In this document: positions 59,957 through 64,000 of the stretch, in pieces
Numbering within the stretch: the stretch's first letter is position 1
Layout of the letters: the number at the start of each line of letters is the position of its first letter
Assembly (NCBI GenBank): GCA_010015805.1
Contig: ML978130.1
Span: forward strand, 1,116,001-1,180,000
Source of the DNA: Rhizodiscina lignyota
Lineage: Eukaryota
Length of the DNA stretch: 64,000 nt
Direction: 5' to 3'
Translations under genes and position numbers: made by a program
Notes under the pieces: generated by a model
Seen by the model: only the letters and a program-made list of their open reading frames with translations
Database searches by the model: none
Told to the model about the DNA's origin: nothing

Positions 59957-62900
59957 TTATCGCTTGTTGAAGTTCAAGTATCTTGCCTGCATTACTCATT
60001 AGCTTGCAACGAACACTAAAGACGAAGGGAAAACTTACGGCAAGGAACAACAAAATCAAATTGCTTCCAATGAACGCCGCAAAGATACCAAAGTCTCTCC
60101 ACCGGTGGTCAAACGAATACCCCAACGGTTCGTAGAACTGGTCGCCAACGCTGTAGGCGCAATATCCACAATCGCTGGTACTGTTGTCAACAATGTATCC
60201 TGGCCCGCCTGCAGTGAAGAAGTTCTTCATGTATTCTCCGCAGGTTTGTCCGGACGGCGCAGTAAAGCGGTTCAGCTCGCCCTCCTTGCATACGACCGGA
60301 CGGTCATGCAGTTCGGTGACAACCATGCCAGCGATGAGTCGAGTAAAAGGATCGAGCTGGTACAGCCATGCGCGCCAGAATCCAGGGATCTGTGGTCTGG
60401 GGACAGTGACACCGCAGAAGAGAGCGAACACGATAATGATGGGTGGGTTCAGCAGCGCGGAGATGAACGGGCTAGGCGTGAGAGCGGCGACCATCTGCCC
60501 GAGTGTGACGGAGAAGAACTCGGTCACTAGCACAATGAAGAATTGGTAACCAGCACGCGAAGACGCCGACTGGAAGCCTGGGATGTAGTACAGCGGGAGG
60601 AAGAAGCCGACAGCACAGATGATGGAGTAGGGTACTTCAGCGAGGACCATGGACAGGGCGAAGGGGAAGGTCTTGTACGCTTTCGCTGTCTGCTCACGAT
60701 ACGCTATCATTCTCGCGATGGCGTATTTCGGTTCGACTTGTGCGAGAATGAGCGCGGGCAACACGGTGACTTGGAAGATGACGAAGATGCGGTACTGCAG
60801 CGATGCGCGAGAGTTGTCGAGCTGCAAGAACATCAAGCCGGTAAGCAGCGCGATGATGACGTGGTTGAAGAAGCGCGTGAACCCATAGTTTGGCGTTCGC
60901 CAGAATGAGAGATGGGTTCTCTTGTTGACAACCTTGATCTGATGCCAGAGCGGAGTAGCGTACTCCTTCTGCATCACAGGCTCTGCGTCACCGACTTCTT
61001 GGATGCGCTGCTCTTTGATGCGCACAATCTCTCGCTTCGTCTCCTCGAACTCCTGGCTGTCGCTCCAAATATCTGCCCAATCTTTCGGTCCGATCCGGGG
61101 GGTTTGGCCTGCGCCGATAGCATCAAGCATCCATTCAGCGGGGTTTGCCTTGGGAGGGCAGTCGGCGCCGTTCTTGCGGAAATACTCAAGAAGGACATAC
61201 GCATCTTTGCCGATGTCGCCGAAGTAGACGCACTGGCCTCCCCTTTGCAGCAGGAGGAGTCTGTCGAAATTCTCAAAAAGGGCTGAGTTCGGCTGGTGGA
61301 TAGTGCAGAGAATAGCTTGCCCAGCGGCGGCGAGCTTCCTCAGGAAGCGCACAATGTTGAACGCAGACTGTGAGTCCAGACCAGACGTAGGCTCATCAAG
61401 GAAGAGCAGAAGCTCCGGTTTTGCAGCGAGTTCGACGCCGATGGTAACACGTTTGCGCTGTTCGACAGCGAGGCCTGACTCCGGCTCTCCAATGATAGCG
61501 TCGGCGATGTCTTCCATTTCGAGCAATGAAATGACTTCCTCAACATAGGCGTACTTCTCCTCTTGGCTGGTCTCATATGGCTGTCTCAAATCTGCACTGA
61601 AGCGCAATGCTTCTCTAACAGTCTGTGCCGGCTCATGTACATCCAATTGCTCCGCGTAACTGGTTCCGCGCTGGAATGCCAAGCCAGGGGGTTTGCCATC
61701 GACGAGCTCATCACCGGTGATGACGCCAATATTTTTACGAGCCGCTAACACGTCCAGCAGTGTGGTCTTGCCCGCTCCAGAGGCTCCCATGAGAGCAGTC
61801 AGCGTACCGGGCTTGACATAGCCGTAGATGTTCTTCAGAAGTCGCAGCTGCCCGGATGGAACAGGCACGTCGTAATTGATAGCCTCCCAAGTGAGGACGG
61901 CTTTCGAAGCGATATTCAGGCCTGCGCCTGTGTTATCTTCCTCCTCTTTCCTATTCCTCTTGTCCCGCTTCTGCTGCAATTTCTCATTAAGCTCCTTTCG
62001 CTCTTTATTTTCCTTTGCGAAAAAGGTCACGGTCTTTCCGCCTGCGCCCCATTTCACGTATTCGCCAAGAAAAGCGTTAGCGATAAGGAACCCAACGATC
62101 AAAGCGAGGATGATTCCCCAATTTCTCCACAAATCTTTGGGGTTGTATGTGAAGTTCGTCTCGATGTACCTCGTTCCGCTGACTAGCGGATTGCCACTCT
62201 CGCTACCAGCGAGTGTGCAGACCTGGTGATTGATGTCGTTGTAGCCAGGACCCGATGGGATGAGTGATTCAGCAGTACATCGGAGGTCGAGGTGTCGAAA
62301 TTCGTTCATCATCATTGCAGAGAAACCGAGACCGAGAGCGTTGATGTAGAATATCCAACGGAGCCAAACTTGTTCGGACTGCCATTGAATGAGATAGCCG
62401 GAAGTGAGGACGAAAAGCGTAATTATGAGGGCGGCAAGACTGCGACACATTAGGATATAGCTCAAACTCTTCAAATAGAAGACTATAACTCCCAGAGGTC
62501 AGGAAGAGGCTTACCGAATCGCAACGTCAAAGTCTGGACACAGACAGCCCACTGTCCGGAAGAACAGCGTCATTGCGAGGTATCCAGATATGATCATCAG
62601 ATAAAAGATGAAGAATGCGCCCGCATCCCGTACCAAATGGCACATGAAATATACCATAATCGAGAAAACCATAACTTGCACCGCCGCAAACGCCATGTCC
62701 ACAATGATCTGTGCGATCCACAGTGCACTGGGCCGATGGAAGGTATACGCACGATGCTTGTTGACGATCGGCCTACCCACCATCGTGCTGGCCAGCTCAC
62801 CGAACGCTTGGAAGGCGTTGAACAATAGCGCGATGAAAAGCACACCACCTCTCGTGAAGGCTCCGGCACTTGTGACGGGCAAGTTGAGCCACACGGTACC

Positions 62901-64000
62901 AATGATGATAGCAATGATAATTGCAGTCGCCCAAGACACTACAAGTGAGAATTTGTCTTGCCATTTGAGCAAGTATTGGCGCTTCATAAGGGCGTAGACC
63001 TGGAGGTAGAACGGGATGCTGTACACATTCTTGTTTGAGGTATGGCGCTTCGAATCATGCACGGCGGTCTGGAAGTCCTCGTAGACATGGCGCTCGTTGT
63101 CAACTTGTTGCTTGTACGTCTGCACCTCCTCAGCGAGCTGCGTAGCATACTTGGACTCATTGAATGCGGATACAAGAGCGTCCGGAGTGCTCGGGACGTC
63201 GGAGGACGAACGACCGGCTCTGTACTCGCGCTCAAACGGATCAGTGCAGCCTGTCAGATAGTCTGGCGTCGTTTGGCGAGGCTTCTCGAGGAATCCCAGG
63301 CCCTCAAAATATGCTCGAGCTTCCTTCGTCGGACCCAAGAAAACTTGTCGGCCCTCATCGATGACCATAACCTTGTCAAAAAGCTGGTAGATGTTCTCGC
63401 TTGCTTGATACAAGCTCACAAAGGTGCTAATCTGGTAAATGTCCGTCATGATCCTGAGAGATTTCGTGTAGTCAAGTGCGGTAGACGCGTCCAGTCCACG
63501 AGTCGAATTGTCCCAAGAGCATACTGTCGCGCCTGTCACCATCATCTCGGCGATGGACACCCGCTTGCGCTCTCCGCCTGAGATACCACGGACGAAAGGG
63601 TTTCCGACAATCGTGTTACGGGTGTGCTCGATGTTGAACATTTTCAGAAGTAGCTGGATGACTCTTTCTTTGAAATCTTTCCTGGACATACCAGCAGGTC
63701 GCTTGCCCGGAACTTTCGTCTCCAATGCAAAATCGAGGGTCTGACCAACGGTGAGGGTGGGATGATGGATATCATCTTCGCCGTTGTAGACAGCTTCGCC
63801 TCGATATCTCTTCTCGAACGTCTTGCTGTCGTACGGGCCGTATTCAACGTTGCCTTTGATGTTGGTATACCCATATCGCTGGTTACTGATGACCTTCAAG
63901 AATGTTGTGCACCCGCTCCCAGGCCGACCCAGAACCAGCACCATCTCGCCAGGCTTGACGACACCTCTGAAATCTCTCAGGATCTCAACCTCGCGTCCTT
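59957..64000 (-). CDS. Pleiotropic drug resistance (ABCG/PDR) full-size ABC transporter; 5' end lies outside the window
   Basis: NBD1 GRPGSGCTT, ISGGERKRVSIAE, WDNSTRGLD. NBD2 GASGAGKTTLLD, EQRKRVTIGVEL, LDEPTSGLD. Introns 62440-62514 and 59987-60038. Last exon ARYLNFNKR*. Confidence 0.96.

Noticed and set aside
63910..63944. Walker A with Cys (GSGCTT) as an inactivating mutation
   Set aside because: This is the normal degenerate NBD1 of fungal PDR transporters.
1..64000. Prokaryotic features (operons, CRISPR arrays, rho-independent terminators), rRNA/tRNA genes and intact transposons
   Set aside because: The sequence is intron-containing fungal DNA. I saw no repeat-spacer array, rRNA/tRNA signature, or transposase, reverse transcriptase or tyrosine recombinase ORF by eye.

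Overview
Eukaryotic, intron-containing DNA from a filamentous ascomycete (Pezizomycotina-type GT-AG introns with CTRAY branch sites). There are about 24 protein-coding genes. I recognised no rRNA, tRNA, CRISPR or intact transposon. Left to right: ankyrin + CorA-like protein, secreted beta-propeller (lactonase-like), a degenerate repeat relic, and a candidate glycan module (PLOD/LH3-type glycosyltransferase, TPT-family nucleotide-sugar transporter, divergent UDP-glucose 6-dehydrogenase). Next come an F-box-like protein, a regulator/glyoxalase/SDR group, hypothetical proteins, an AAA+ ATPase, an MFS transporter, a DUF829 protein and a CID/RS-rich protein. A candidate catabolic/detoxification cluster follows (nitrilase, SDR with a GC-AG intron, FAD monooxygenase, Zn2Cys6 regulator, repeated CGG-N2-CCG promoter motifs). 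The window ends with a HET-domain protein carrying an N-myristoylation motif in an upstream exon, a secreted multicopper oxidase and a 5'-truncated PDR-type ABC transporter. Gene models and family calls were read by eye; no database searches were run.
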